DNA of 62,665 bases, counting the filler, from Chrysochromulina tobinii (Eukaryota): assembly GCA_001275005.1 (NCBI GenBank). It is 7 parts of 7 records of this genome, joined end to end, with 100 filler letters (N's around TTAATTAATTAA, not from the genome) between each part and the next. Parts side by side here need not be neighbours in the genome. Positions count along the whole stretch, not along the records: positions 30,539 to 43,813 come from JWZX01001098.1; 6 more parts are not named here. The stretch is one strand, 5' to 3'. The notes under the pieces were generated by a model. The model worked only from the letters and a program-made list of their open reading frames with translations. It was not told the origin of the DNA and made no database searches. Position numbers and translations under genes: made by a program. Below, one piece after another: positions 31,912 through 43,173 of this stretch; position 1 is the first letter of the stretch; every line of letters starts with the position of its first letter.

Positions 31912-34900
31912 TCACGATTCCAGACTCCATTCTTGGTTCCGTCGATTCTCGACTATATTCTCCGCTCTCATAGGACTACCGTGGTCGATAGCGTGGTCCG
32001 CACGCGGCTGGCTCCCCACAGCACGAAGCACCGACGCAATGTGGTCGTCGGGCACACCGGCCGAGCGCATCGTCGCCGTGAGCCAGCTCACGGTCACCTG
32101 CCCGCGCGGCTGTGCTGATGGCACCTCTTCCCAGAGCGCCTCGAGCTGGCGCTCCTGCTGAATCCTCACCGCCGCCTCGCGAAGCTGGCTGGTGCCGGCG
32201 TTCAGGCTACCCTCAAGATGCTGCTGCTGTACAAGATGCTGCTGTGCCTCGAGCGCCGCGAGCGCCGCGCGCGCCTCCGCCAGCTCCGCCTGTACGGCCG
32301 CCAGCTGCTCTGCGTGCAGCTGTGCCTGCTCCTCAAGGCAGCGACGCAAATGCTGCTCTTCGAAGCTCTCGACCAATAATTTGGTTGACGACCCGCCGAG
32401 CGGAACCTCATGCAGCTGCTCTTCCTCGACGGCCCGCACTGGCTGCGATTGCTCAGGTGGCTGGGCAAAAGGTTCCCTCCTCGTCGGACTCCTCACCACA
32501 GACCTCCGAGTGGCCTGCCTCTCCCGAGAGGCCTGCTTCTCCAGAAACGACGCGTTTGTAGTACGCGTCCTGTATACGGTGTCGACTTCGAGGTGGGAGG
32601 TCCACACGTCCTCAAACCACTCGCTGTACCCCATGTCGGGCGTTGACATGTCGACGACGGCGTCGGGCAGCACGTCGTCGACGACGGCCGACTGACTCTG
32701 TCGATGATGGCTTAGCCTGTCGAGGAAGTCGAGACGATGAGTTAGCCTGTCGAAGACTGTCGACGACTTTGCTTTTCGCTGGGCCTCGCGCTTGCGATTG
32801 CGATCCTCTCGGGTCGACGTCGGGTCGACGCGGTTGGAGTCGAGGATGTGGCCGCGCGAGACCAAATGCTCGAAGACGGTGCCAACCTCGATCTCGCCAT
32901 TTCCAATCCCCACGGCAATCTTGCCCATTCCAAAGTTCTCTATGCGCCCGAAATCCTTCCGGATACTATTGATGAGGTCGCGGTCGACGACGTGATGCTC
33001 CTCGAGCACGAGCAGCACGAACTCGTCCTGAGTGAAGGTCGGGTTGGGTCGACACTCCCTGCGGGCCTCGCGGAGCATCACGTTGGGCAGCGCCTCGCAG
33101 AAATCCTGGAGAAAGATGCGTCGGCTGATCAAGAGGAGTCGCACGCGCTCCAGGCTCACTGTGAGCGTCGTCAGCAAGATCAGCATGCAGAAGATGAAGT
33201 AAACGTACTCGTTGTCGGTGCGCGGCACCAGGTCCGAGTCGCCGTACCCGATGGACAACATCGTGTACATCATCATGTAGAGCGCGTTGAGGAACGCATA
33301 CCTATCTATGCCATCGCACTTCCCATTCGCGCCGATGTCCGTTTCGCCATGTCGACATGAATACAAGTACGCCGTCGCAATGACGTACGCTAGCAAGATG
33401 ATCAACGGCCTCAGTAAGGCGTGCAAGAAAGCGAAAAGGGGCCCCACCTCGAGCCGTATGCCGCGAAGCGCGGTCACTGTAAACCTTTGCACATTGAGGT
33501 TGCTGCTGTCGCTGCTGCCGGCAGCCGCATCAGGTGACGACGGTGGCGACGCGGCCTGCTGCCCAGCGAGCCGACGGATGCATGCTGACCAGCATGCCTT
33601 CGCGCGCGGGACGCACGTGACGCACGCATTCATGAGGGTGGCGTTGATCAGATCAAGGTAGTAGAGGAGGCCCCACATCGGCCCGAACAGGCCGCTCATC
33701 ACAAGCACTGTGCCCACCGGCATGAGGAAGATGCACAGCAGCCGCCCTTGCCACGAAGCCGGGGCCAGGTCGCCGTAGCCGACGGTCGTGACCGTCTGCG
33801 TGATGAAGTAAGCTGCTTCGAGCGTGTTGAGTCCCTCTGTGTAGTTGAAGAGAGCGCAGCCGAAGACGTAGTACAAGGCAATGAGGATGCCGTACCCCCG
33901 CATCCACCGTTCGAACTTTCCACGCTGGCCCTGCCGCATCCTGGCGCGCAGCCGGCGAGACTTTGCCAACTCCTCCTCGAAGCCTGTGCGCAGCCTGTGG
34001 AAGCCTTCGTGCTCGCGCGCCCAGCCACGCGCCCACAAAAGTGAGCGCTCTGTCGCAGAGCTGCTCTGCAGGCCGGGAGGTACCAACCGATAGAAGACTG
34101 CCGACCCGTCCCGGCGCGCATATACGAAAGCACCCGCTGGATAAGCGAGCGTCTCGTGCAGGGCATTCCCGCCCGGCAGCTCTGACGGGTTGACCCAGGC
34201 CACCTTCTGCAACCCAGCAGTGTTGAGCCAGCCGAGGCTGAAGGGCAAGAAGCGATTGGCCTCGCGCAGCGTCTCCGCCACGTTCTTGCGCAACGTGTAC
34301 GGTCCATCGAAGGTGAGCTCGGCCGAGGACCGTTTGAGCGAGATGGCGTTCGCCTTCACAAACTGCAGCTCTTTGTCAAAGTAGCAAAAGCCGCCGAGGA
34401 GAAAGAAGAAGAAAGTTTCGTCGTCGAGGCGCGAGACGGAGCCGATGATGGTGCGCAGCAGCGTGGGCGTGTCGGCCACCAGGCAGTCGAGGGGGTATGC
34501 AAACGCAAAGAATTGCGCCCTCGGTGGGATGCCGGCTTTCATCTTGGCCTCACCCACGAGCGTGATTCGACTGAGCGGCGCGAGCTTGCCTCGGATGGTC
34601 TCCGCAGTCTCACCGGGCCGACTCAGGCGGTTGAGCAGTGAGATGGCTGCCTTGTCGCCCACCACCTTGTAGCTGAGCGAGGAAATGAAGCTCGACTCAA
34701 AATCCGTGGTGGTCGGGTCCAGAGAGCCCAAATCGACGTGGACCTGGACTTCCGTGGGTGCGATACAGAAGCACACGTCTTCGGCACGCACAGAAATCGC
34801 GTAAATCGGCTTCAGCGTAAAACGGCTCACAGCACTCTGCGCCACGAGTTGCTGAGTTGCTGAGCGCTGCGCCCGAAGGCGGGTGAACCCTGTGGCTCTT

Positions 34901-35316
34901 GCATCGCTCGACCCTTTCGTGGCCTTTACCGACTTTTCCGTGCGCGCTAGCTGGAAGGCTCTCTTCATTTTCGCAGCGGATTCAGCTTGCTCGGCCGTGC
35001 CGTCGGCCATCCTCTGCTTGTACTCCGCCGCCTCCTCACAGCTGGCCTTGAAGAGCTTCCAGAACGTCTGAAACTCGTCGAGCTGCAGCTCGCCGTCGCC
35101 ATTGGCATCGACCTGGTCTATGAGGCTTTTGATCTCTGCCTCGGACGCCTCTACGCTGCTCGCATTGACGAGCGCCGCTTTGAGCTCGGTGACGGAGATG
35201 CTACCGCCGCCGTCCTTATCCAGCACCTTGAAGGCCTCTTCGTACGACATGCTCGGCGCGAGGCCCGATTGCTTTGAAAAGCCCACCCTTTTCATGACGG
35301 CTTTGGCGGCCTGCAT
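31912..35316 (-). CDS. Two-pore-domain (TPK/K2P-like) K+ channel with an N-terminal EF-hand pair
   Basis: EF-hands DKDGGGSISVTE and DANGDGELQLDE; pore loops TVTTVGYGD and TMLSIGYGD, each flanked by TM helices. Confidence 0.9.
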   Translation of the reverse strand: MQAAKAVMKRVGFSKQSGLAPSMSYEEAFKVLDKDGGGSISVTELKAALVNASSVEASEAEIKSLIDQVDANGDGELQLDEFQTFWKLFKASCEEAAEYKQRMADGTAEQAESAAKMKRAFQLARTEKSVKATKGSSDARATGFTRLRAQRSATQQLVAQSAVSRFTLKPIYAISVRAEDVCFCIAPTEVQVHVDLGSLDPTTTDFESSFISSLSYKVVGDKAAISLLNRLSRPGETAETIRGKLAPLSRITLVGEAKMKAGIPPRAQFFAFAYPLDCLVADTPTLLRTIIGSVSRLDDETFFFFLLGGFCYFDKELQFVKANAISLKRSSAELTFDGPYTLRKNVAETLREANRFLPFSLGWLNTAGLQKVAWVNPSELPGGNALHETLAYPAGAFVYARRDGSAVFYRLVPPGLQSSSATERSLLWARGWAREHEGFHRLRTGFEEELAKSRRLRARMRQGQRGKFERWMRGYGILIALYYVFGCALFNYTEGLNTLEAAYFITQTVTTVGYGDLAPASWQGRLLCIFLMPVGTVLVMSGLFGPMWGLLYYLDLINATLMNACVTCVPRAKACWSACIRRLAGQQAASPPSSPDAAAGSSDSSNLNVQRFTVTALRGIRLEVGPLFAFLHALLRPLIILLAYVIATAYLYSCRHGETDIGANGKCDGIDRYAFLNALYMMMYTMLSIGYGDSDLVPRTDNEYVYFIFCMLILLTTLTVSLERVRLLLISRRIFLQDFCEALPNVMLREARRECRPNPTFTQDEFVLLVLEEHHVVDRDLINSIRKDFGRIENFGMGKIAVGIGNGEIEVGTVFEHLVSRGHILDSNRVDPTSTREDRNRKREAQRKAKSSTVFDRLTHRLDFLDRLSHHRQSQSAVVDDVLPDAVVDMSTPDMGYSEWFEDVWTSHLEVDTVYRTRTTNASFLEKQASRERQATRRSVVRSPTRREPFAQPPEQSQPVRAVEEEQLHEVPLGGSSTKLLVESFEEQHLRRCLEEQAQLHAEQLAAVQAELAEARAALAALEAQQHLVQQQHLEGSLNAGTSQLREAAVRIQQERQLEALWEEVPSAQPRGQVTVSWLTATMRSAGVPDDHIASVLRAVGSQPRADHAIDHGSPMRAENIVENRRNQEWSLES

Positions 35317-35919
35317 GCCTCCCCTCAGCTTCGTCCTCCCAGTGAGTGAGTGAGTCAGATCCAATACTCGTACATGAACATGACAGACAGAAGAAGTTCG
35401 CCTCAATTTCCAAAAAGAGTTTCACCAAAGGGAGTTTCACGAGACGAAACTCTTATTCCCGTCAAAAGCGAGAGGTGAATTGCCCCCTGTTTCTGGAACC
35501 AGCTTGATTTCTCTGTCACAACCCCATACAGGCGGCACAGGCGCCGCCAAGGTGTGAATGTGTGAATTAGAAACAGCACACAGTACACGAATTGTACAGC
35601 GGCGCTCATGCAGGCGCGTCCCCGGGGGGGGGCGCGCTTACATGACTACTGGCAACAGGCCAGCAAGCGGGGCGCCGCTAAGGAGGTGAGATTTCCTGGA
35701 TTGTGTGTCTGTGTGACTTCTAACTGATCACGAAATGCGTTTGCATGCTTCGACGAACACGCACGTTGCTTCGCAGTTGCAAATGCATCAGGTTTGTCGT
35801 ACATGCTCGCGCAAGAGCCTTCCACACGCCAACATGCAACTCACGCCGAACCGATCCACCGCCCGCAGATTTGGCGCAAGCGCCAGGGCCTTGAATGGTA
35901 CCCGTCCGAACCACAGGGC

Positions 35920-37113
35920 ATGCAGGTGAACTTGGCGCACCTCACAATGGGTGAGGTGAAACCCAATCCCAAGCAGCTGTTTCCAACAGACCTGACGCTT
36001 GCCTACGGCCGTGGCGCGGCGGTGAAGCTAGTGCGCTACATCGAAGATGCCGGCTCGGACGCCGTCGGTTCGAACAAGTCCATCCTGCGCCTCAAGGCCA
36101 TGGAGCAATCGATGGAGTTGATGCACGGTCAGGACTTCACGAGCCTTGTTGCCGCCGGCATCGTGCCTGCGCTCAACGAGACCGCGACCAAGGACGCTGA
36201 CGAGAAGAACCGAGTGGCAGCTCTCGTGGCGCTCTGCCGCTTGGCACGCGAGCGCACAGGGCGCGAGTCGATGCTCGAGAATGACTCGTGCGCCGCTTTG
36301 TGCGGCGCGTGCACGGACTCAGTGGCAGCGGTGCGCAAGGAGTGCCTGGCGACGATCGGCCACTTCGCGAACTACGACGAGGGGAGGAAAGCTCTCGTCG
36401 AGAAGAATTTCGTCGAGCTGCTGCTAGTGCACTGCCGCGACCCGCCCGACGGCGGCCCGCCAGAGTCGGAGATTAAGGAGATTAAGGAGACGCAGTGCCT
36501 CGCGCTGACCGCACTCGGCCGAATTTGCCAAGGAGAGGGGGGGAGGGCGGAGGCGATCCGCGCCAACGCCGTGCCGACGGTGCTTGAGATGCTGCATGCG
36601 GAGAGCGTCGAGGCTCAGTATCAGGCGGCCATGGCGTTATCACTCCTCACTTTCGATCAGGCCGAGAAGGCCGAATGCCTTGGTGGTGGCGTGATGCGCA
36701 AGCTTGCCGTCATGCTCCGATCGGACAAAGTGCAGGACGATATGGAGCGGCGCCGGCTGCGCACCGCGGCGGCGGCCCTCCTCATGTCCATGTGTAACGG
36801 CACGCGGAACGAGTCGCTCCCGCCTCCCCACGCTGCATGCAAAGCGGAAGCCATCGAGAAGGGGATCTGCCAGTCTCTCGTGTCGATCGTCGCCGAGGTG
36901 GTTTTGCTGCACATGGCAGGCGAGCTCGACGACCGGAACTCGGAGCTGGGCGTGTACGCGGCCAAGTCGATGACGGAGCTGGCTGACTCGCCCAAGGGCC
37001 GCAAGCTGCTCAAGGCGGCGCTCGGTGACCTCAAGGTGCTGGCTGGCAGCCAGGTGCCCACCCTGTGCAAGAACGTGCAGATCGCAATCGAGCGCATCGA
37101 ATTTGTGCCTTGA
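35920..37113 (+). CDS. RSPH14: Armadillo-repeat protein, radial spoke head 14 (RSPH14/RTDR1)-like
   Basis: ARM repeats throughout; N-terminal TLAYGRGAAVKL and C-terminal AIERIEFVP resemble RSP14 family ends. Confidence 0.7.
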   Translation: MQVNLAHLTMGEVKPNPKQLFPTDLTLAYGRGAAVKLVRYIEDAGSDAVGSNKSILRLKAMEQSMELMHGQDFTSLVAAGIVPALNETATKDADEKNRVAALVALCRLARERTGRESMLENDSCAALCGACTDSVAAVRKECLATIGHFANYDEGRKALVEKNFVELLLVHCRDPPDGGPPESEIKEIKETQCLALTALGRICQGEGGRAEAIRANAVPTVLEMLHAESVEAQYQAAMALSLLTFDQAEKAECLGGGVMRKLAVMLRSDKVQDDMERRRLRTAAAALLMSMCNGTRNESLPPPHAACKAEAIEKGICQSLVSIVAEVVLLHMAGELDDRNSELGVYAAKSMTELADSPKGRKLLKAALGDLKVLAGSQVPTLCKNVQIAIERIEFVP

Positions 37114-38049
37114 GCGCTGCTGACCTGTGTCCTCTGCTGTGCGTTGAGCACTGCTGACCTGTGCCCTCTGCTGTGCGTTTGCCGACCGTGTGTGCCCGCA
37201 CCATGGCACGGTGTCACGGTGTGTATCCGGCCAAGGCACGGTCATGATGCGGGGTCTGCGCGGTACCGCGGTTCGGTTGTGGGTTCTCACGTCAGGGACG
37301 TAATCAGGGACGGTTCGTGCGCACGCTGCAACCGTGCAATCGTGACCTTGTACCAACACGGCAATTTGCCAATTTATGTATCCTTTTTACAATATAAAGC
37401 AATAGAACCGATTACTTATACTACCGTACAAGACGAGACGGAACACGGGTGTCAAACGCCGCAGGCAGGAGGTTCAACGCAACAGGCGCGAATTACGCAT
37501 GGAATTACGGCATGAACGCGCAGTCATGGGACCTGTTGTCGCCGGTCAGGAGGCACCTGACGACGGAGGACGTTGGGCAGTGCGGCGCATCATCGCATGG
37601 CGCTGCGGCGAGCCTCCGGCAGCGGGAGGACGTGAGGCAGAGGCAGGAGAGGGAGAGGGACGTACAACAATGGAGCTCGACCGAGATCGGGCGAGAGGGG
37701 CGAATGCGTAACCCCGCAGCTCTCGAGCCGCAACCGGGTGCTGACTGATGGCTTTTATCAGTACCAACACTCCTGTTGCTGAACACCGTACGCGCTTTGT
37801 ATGCCACCCTGGGGGCGTCCCCCTCGCCACGTGTACGCTGCCTCCTGTGTATCCTGTAGCGGCATGTTTCACATGCTGACTTACGGAACAGGTGTCAACT
37901 TACAAGATACAACTACGCTACACGCGGTCTACCGTGCTACATACCGTAGCCGAGTACGAGTACAGTACTCGTCGTACTCGCGGTACTTGTTCTTGTACTC
38001 AGTAGAATAGAATCTAGTCGGCATGCTTCTATTCGGACGATCCTTGACC

Positions 38050-40041
38050 TCAGCACTCAGAGTAGTCGCCCCCCACCACCTCGAAGACGTCCTCCGCCAA
38101 CTCGTCCAACGACGCGACTGGCGCGGGCTTCGCGACCATCTCGAACGCGCCGTCCTTTGGCGCGAACGCGTAGTCCTTGAAGGGACCCGCCTCGAGGGCC
38201 GCAAGTCGCAGGCGCACCACGTCGAACACAGCATCATCGAGCGCCGTCCGGAGGGTCTGCTCGGGCGTCGGGCCAGAGCGCACGACCTTGGTCGTGGTCT
38301 GGATCGAGCCGTCGGGCATCATCACCGTCTCCGTGACTTCCTCCTCGTCGCCGACCAGATCGGCGCCCGACACGACCAGCTTGAGCAACGCAGGCGAGAA
38401 ACCTGACAGGAGCTGCACGTTGGGCGTGTCCTTGGCCACCGGGAAGCCTACGGTGTTCGCGCGCAGGTTCCAGAAGATAATGCGCGGGGCCGCGTACGGC
38501 GCACCGCACACCCGCTGGCCCACCTCGGCGAACCGACGCCGGAGGCGCTCGAAGGCGGTCTCCCACCTTCCGCCACGGCCGCGCGCCTCATCGAACTGCA
38601 TGTCGCTGAAGACGATCAGGTCGGGTACCTCGTCGGGCGGCAGCTTGGCCGCCTCGGCCGCCCCGAGGATGCGCTCACACGCGGCCTCGAAGTTGGTCGA
38701 GCCCCCCCAGGGCGCCTGCTCGCACGCGCGCACCTTGTCACGGATGCTCGTGTGCGACGACAGGTCGACCCAGTTGGGCACCGACTCGAAGGTCAGCACG
38801 CGATCGCGGAAGGTTGGCGCCGCGAGCTCGGACACGAGGATCCCGAGCGCAATGGCAGCCTCCATCGGCGTGCCGCTCATCGAGCCCGAAACGTCGACCA
38901 ACGCCACGAGCTTGCCCAGGTCCACGTGCTTGGGCAGAGCCCGCTCGAGCGCCGCAAGCGAGCCGAGGCCAGCCGTCGCGGGTGCCGCCGCCTCGAGGAC
39001 TTGGAGATCGCGCAGCTCCGCAGCCTTGCGCATCGCCTCGAGCGTACCCGCGCGAAGCGAGGCCCACTGCGCGTTCATCAGGTCCGCCTCGAGCGTCGAG
39101 AGCGAGTGACCCTCACCCCCCATGCAATGCTTCACGATCTCGTGCGGCATCAGCGCCTTGCCCTGCACGCCCTTCTTGCTCACGAGCGCCTCGCGCAGGT
39201 GCAGGCGGGCGGCGACGCGGGCGGGGTTGTCCGGGTGCCGGTTGCCCGTGGCATCCTGTGCCGGCGTGAGCACACCCTTGAGCGCCTCATTGAGGAACGC
39301 CTTGCGGTAGCGCTGCAGGCACAACGACGAGACACGATCGAAGCGAATCTCCTCCCACCGGCCCGCAGCCATCAGCACCTCAGTCGTGCAGAGCTGGCTG
39401 TTCAGGGACGAGCACAGCTTGCGGTACTTGCGAGCTGAGGCGGCCGGGTTGGCGGAGCCGAAGAGCCGATGCGCAAGGCGCTGGGCCAAGCGCAGCGGAC
39501 CCTTGTCAAATTTCGTGCCCTCTCGGGGTGCGTACTTCGCCACCAGCGAGAGGCTAGGGGTTCGCTTCTCCGCCGTGGCAGCTGAGCTCTCCGCCTCGTC
39601 CGCCAGGAGTTGCTGACAGATGAGCTCCTCACTCTTGTCGGCTAGCGCCCGAGGGCAGTCGTCCGACGCGAGCAGGTGAACGAGGTCCTTCCAGTATCCG
39701 TAATGCGGGAGCAGGCCCAGCACTGCGGCCACGGATTCCTCGCCGAACTCCTTGGCGCAGAGCTTCAGGAGCTTGTACGTGAGCTCCTTCTCACCCTTGC
39801 CTTGGCCACGAGTGGCGCGGGTCTGGAACGCGAGCACGATCAGGTCCGCCTTTGCCTCCGGCTTGGTCGCCTCGGTGACCGCGGCAGCAAAGAGGCTTGC
39901 CAAGCCTTCGGCGTCGAGCCCGCGAACGAGCTTGAAGAAGAGGTCGAGCAGGCCCGAGCTGGTCTCCTTCAGGCACGCGTCGCCGTTGGAAGTGACGGTG
40001 CGCGAGTCGACGAGGTCCATGGCAGCAATGAATGCGCTCAT
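38050..40041 (-). CDS. DUF2828 + vWA domain protein
   Basis: TSNGD..SSGLLDLFFKLVRG, RATRGQGKGEKE, YGYWKDL, SLVAKYAPRE, MIDAS DVSGSM, WGGSTNF, FSDMQFD, IIFWNLR, LLSGFS. Confidence 0.92.
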   Translation of the reverse strand: MSAFIAAMDLVDSRTVTSNGDACLKETSSGLLDLFFKLVRGLDAEGLASLFAAAVTEATKPEAKADLIVLAFQTRATRGQGKGEKELTYKLLKLCAKEFGEESVAAVLGLLPHYGYWKDLVHLLASDDCPRALADKSEELICQQLLADEAESSAATAEKRTPSLSLVAKYAPREGTKFDKGPLRLAQRLAHRLFGSANPAASARKYRKLCSSLNSQLCTTEVLMAAGRWEEIRFDRVSSLCLQRYRKAFLNEALKGVLTPAQDATGNRHPDNPARVAARLHLREALVSKKGVQGKALMPHEIVKHCMGGEGHSLSTLEADLMNAQWASLRAGTLEAMRKAAELRDLQVLEAAAPATAGLGSLAALERALPKHVDLGKLVALVDVSGSMSGTPMEAAIALGILVSELAAPTFRDRVLTFESVPNWVDLSSHTSIRDKVRACEQAPWGGSTNFEAACERILGAAEAAKLPPDEVPDLIVFSDMQFDEARGRGGRWETAFERLRRRFAEVGQRVCGAPYAAPRIIFWNLRANTVGFPVAKDTPNVQLLSGFSPALLKLVVSGADLVGDEEEVTETVMMPDGSIQTTTKVVRSGPTPEQTLRTALDDAVFDVVRLRLAALEAGPFKDYAFAPKDGAFEMVAKPAPVASLDELAEDVFEVVGGDYSEC

Positions 40042-40429
40042 CCGAAGCGCTCGGATTGAGGAAGAAGTGCGCGGTTTGAGGACGAAGTGCGCGGATTGCG
40101 ACCTTTGCGGTCTCACACCTGAACTGTCGTCCTTCCGCGAAGGACCCGGTCCTTCCGCGAAGGACGAGGCTCTACAGCGTGTTTCGTCTGTCAATTCGGC
40201 CACAGAACAGTCTGGGAAGCACCTGGGGTCGATCGGGTGTTCACTTCCATAAATATTGACGAAACAGCTTTGAAACAGGAATGAAACAGTCCGTAGGACG
40301 TCTCCTGCAGGGGTACATGTCATGTCTCGTGTCCTTTCGACGCTTTCGTCGTGATCATCGCGAGGCGCGAACGCTGCGATCCAACGAGCGCCAGGCGTTC
40401 TTGCAGATGCTACGCAATGCGTGAGCCGA

Positions 40430-40945
40430 ATGTGGATCCGCCATCTCCACCACCATCTCCTCCGCCTTCTCCAACGCCATCGCCACCCTGATGCTCCCTG
40501 CCGTCTCCCTCGCACCGTCACCACTGCTGCTGCCACCAAGACGACTAGGACTTGCCTCTCGAAAGATTTTTACTGGCCTATGTCGGTGCAACGCAGCAAT
40601 GCAGCCGCCCCTGCCGCCGCCGCCATCTCCGCTGCTGCCATCGCCTCCGCCGCCTTCACCGCTTCTCGCCGCCAGACAGACAACAACGGTTGCACGCCTC
40701 CACCTTTTCGGCCACCACCTCACCCGCCGTCACCTCCGCCTTCCCCGCCAACTCCTGCGCCACCGCCACCGTTGCCGCCTCCGCCATGACCACCGCCGCC
40801 TTCACCACCACTACCGCCTCCTCCGCCGTCGCTCCACCGCCGTCGCTCCATCATCTCCACCACCATAGCCGCTGCCGCCGTCGTCTTCTCCGCCATCATC
40901 ACAACCACCATCTCCAGCGCCTTCTCCACCGCCGCCATCGCCTCT
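40430..40945 (+). pseudogene. Degenerate (SPPP)n Pro-rich linker fragment
   Basis: CCACC/CCGCC low-complexity tract broken by frameshifts and stops. Confidence 0.5.
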
Positions 40946-41782
40946 GAGCGAGGAGATGGGTCAGCGCACCACTTGTGCGAGTAAGCAGTACGTAAGCACC
41001 CCCTCGTGGGCTCGTCATGCGAGTATGCAGTACTCCGGTTAAGTAAAACATGTGCAAGAAAACATGCCAACAGGCAGCGTACACGTGGCGAGGAGACATC
41101 GCCTAGCTCGCCTGCCTAGCATCGGAACGCCTAACATCGCCTAGCATCGGAACGCCTGCCTGCACTCATATCGCTCCATCAAGCTATGAAACAGGCTGGC
41201 GAGCTTGGCGTTGTCGACGACGACGTAAAGACGACGCCGCGCGATGCACGTGCTCATCGAGGACGCCGCATCCTGCGCTCACTGCCCCATGCCAAGATGC
41301 GTACAGCACGACCCGACCGCTGCGTTGAGTGGGCTCTGCGTTGAGTGGGCTCCTTGCACAGAAGCAAAGTCTGTGCCGCCGTCGCCTGACTGTACTGAAA
41401 TATTACTGTACTGAAATAGTAAACCTCCGAAGAATATAGTCAAATATAGGAAGGGGCCGAGAAAGGGGCCGAGTGCCCGTGGCCTTGCCCCACACGCTCA
41501 CCGCCGCGATGGGCCTCGGCAAGGCCTCGGCTTGCTGTGTCAGGTCAGGCAGCAGCATCTGTGCTGATGCAAGCAGGTGCGAGGCGAGGACTGATCTTGC
41601 GTCAGCGCCGTCGCTCTGGGCCACCAAGCGTCGCTCCACAGGCGCAGCGCCCGTCCGAGACGCAGCTACGCGTGGTCTCGCATCAGCAGGAAGCGGCGGA
41701 ATGAGATCCACGTGAGGCTCGCAAGGCCAGCTTTCTAGCAAGACCGAGCATTCTGAGCACGGTTGTTGAGACCTGAAACCCA

Positions 41783-42272
41783 TCTGCATGGTCGACGACA
41801 CAATTCAGTGCACAGATCGATGAGGCCGTTTTCCTGCGGCTGCTGCAACACGCGTAGACGCGTCTAGCACGAGCGCTGCGTCTGTGTATAGCTGCTCAGT
41901 GTGACAAATCGACATGATGCACGCAAGGTCATGAGCATGGTTGATGCAACCTGCAACCCAACCCGTCTCGTCTGCATGGTCGACTCCGCAATGCAAGTGC
42001 AGATCGATCAGGCCGCTTCGTGCGACCGCTGCTACACGTGTAGATGCGTCGAGCACGAGCGCTGCGTCTGTGTATAGCTGCTCAGTGTGACAGATCGACA
42101 TGATGCACACATGGTCATGAGCATGGTTGATGCAACCTGCAACCCAACCCGTCTCGTCTGCATGGTCGACTCCGCAATGCAAGTGCAGATCGACCAGGCC
42201 GCTTCGTGCGACCGCTGCTACACGTGTAGATGCGTCGAGCACGAGCGCTGCGTCTGTGTATAGCTGTTCAGC
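41783..42272. repeat. ~186-bp tandem repeat (~2.6 copies) with two more diverged relatives at ~41240-41475 and ~42730-42925
   Basis: TCTGCATGGTCGAC recurs at 41783, 41971, 42157; the flanking copies share ATGCACGTGC..GAGGACGCCGC, GACCGCTGCGTTGAGTGG, AAAGTCTGTGCCGCCGTC and AAGGGGCCGAG. Confidence 0.85.
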
Positions 42273-43173
42273 GTGTTAGATCCACCCCAGGCTCACAAGG
42301 ACAGCCGCCTCACAAGACCAAGCATGAGCAGCAATGCAGCATTGAAGTCGCCACCTTGGACTCCAGAGCACCGTTACCGACACAATGCAAGCGTACAGAG
42401 CTCTGAAATATGTTCTGACTAGCACAGAGGGCGTCTCGAGCCCTCTCCTCCCTCCACTGGCTGAGATCCAATCCCCAAGCCGTTCCTTACCCATGCAATT
42501 ACCCATGCAACGGCGTCCTCGATGTGCATGTGCATGGCGTCTTCGAGCGCATCATGTGTGCACGTAATGGTGCTCATGCTTAGAAGTTGATCCTGCGTGC
42601 TTCACGTCGAGAGATCTGTGACGCTGAACGGCTATGCACCGACGGATCTCGAACACAGTTATTGCGTTCCGACGGTGACGGTCTCCTTTGCTTGCTGTAC
42701 GTGCACAGTATGGGCTCGATCACGCCATGCACGATGCACGTGCACATTGAGGACGCCGCTTCGTGCGGTCTCACTGCTACATGTGCCTAGTATAGCACGA
42801 CCGCTGCGTTGAGTGGCCTTGTAGCACATAAGTAAAGTCTGTGCCGCCGTCACGTGGCTGTACCGTACTCTCTGTACAGGAAGCAACCCAATGTAAAGGG
42901 GCCGTGAAAGGGGCCGAGAAAAGTGCGAAAATGGAATCGATGGCGTGGGTCACGACACATCAAAAGATCAACCGAACCAAACAGGGTAGGGTTGGTCTTG
43001 CGAGCCTGCCGCAGAGCCGGTTCATTTTGCGTTTGGTTTGATCTACTTGTGAACTACAATGTACGCTCCACCGCACATTCAGACGATACACAAGCACGCC
43101 CATCGATTGCACTGGCTGCGAATCCACCCTCGCGGCCACCACAAGGCGCGCAACGCGAGCGGCGAGGCCGGCG

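Larger units (their letters stand above)
37822..41093. mobile_element. Segment bounded by inverted repeats (22 bp perfect, further imperfect match inward) enclosing the DUF2828 gene
   Basis: CCTCGCCACGTGTACGCTGCCT at 37822-37843 is the exact reverse complement of 41072-41093; no clear TSD and no transposase. Confidence 0.4.

Noticed and set aside
41783..42272. CRISPR array
   Set aside because: The units are whole ~186-bp tandem duplicates with no unique spacers, and no cas genes are present.
41240..42925. LTR retrotransposon or TRIM
   Set aside because: The flanking direct repeats are diverged, related to the internal units, and lack evident TG..CA ends, PBS, PPT or TSD.
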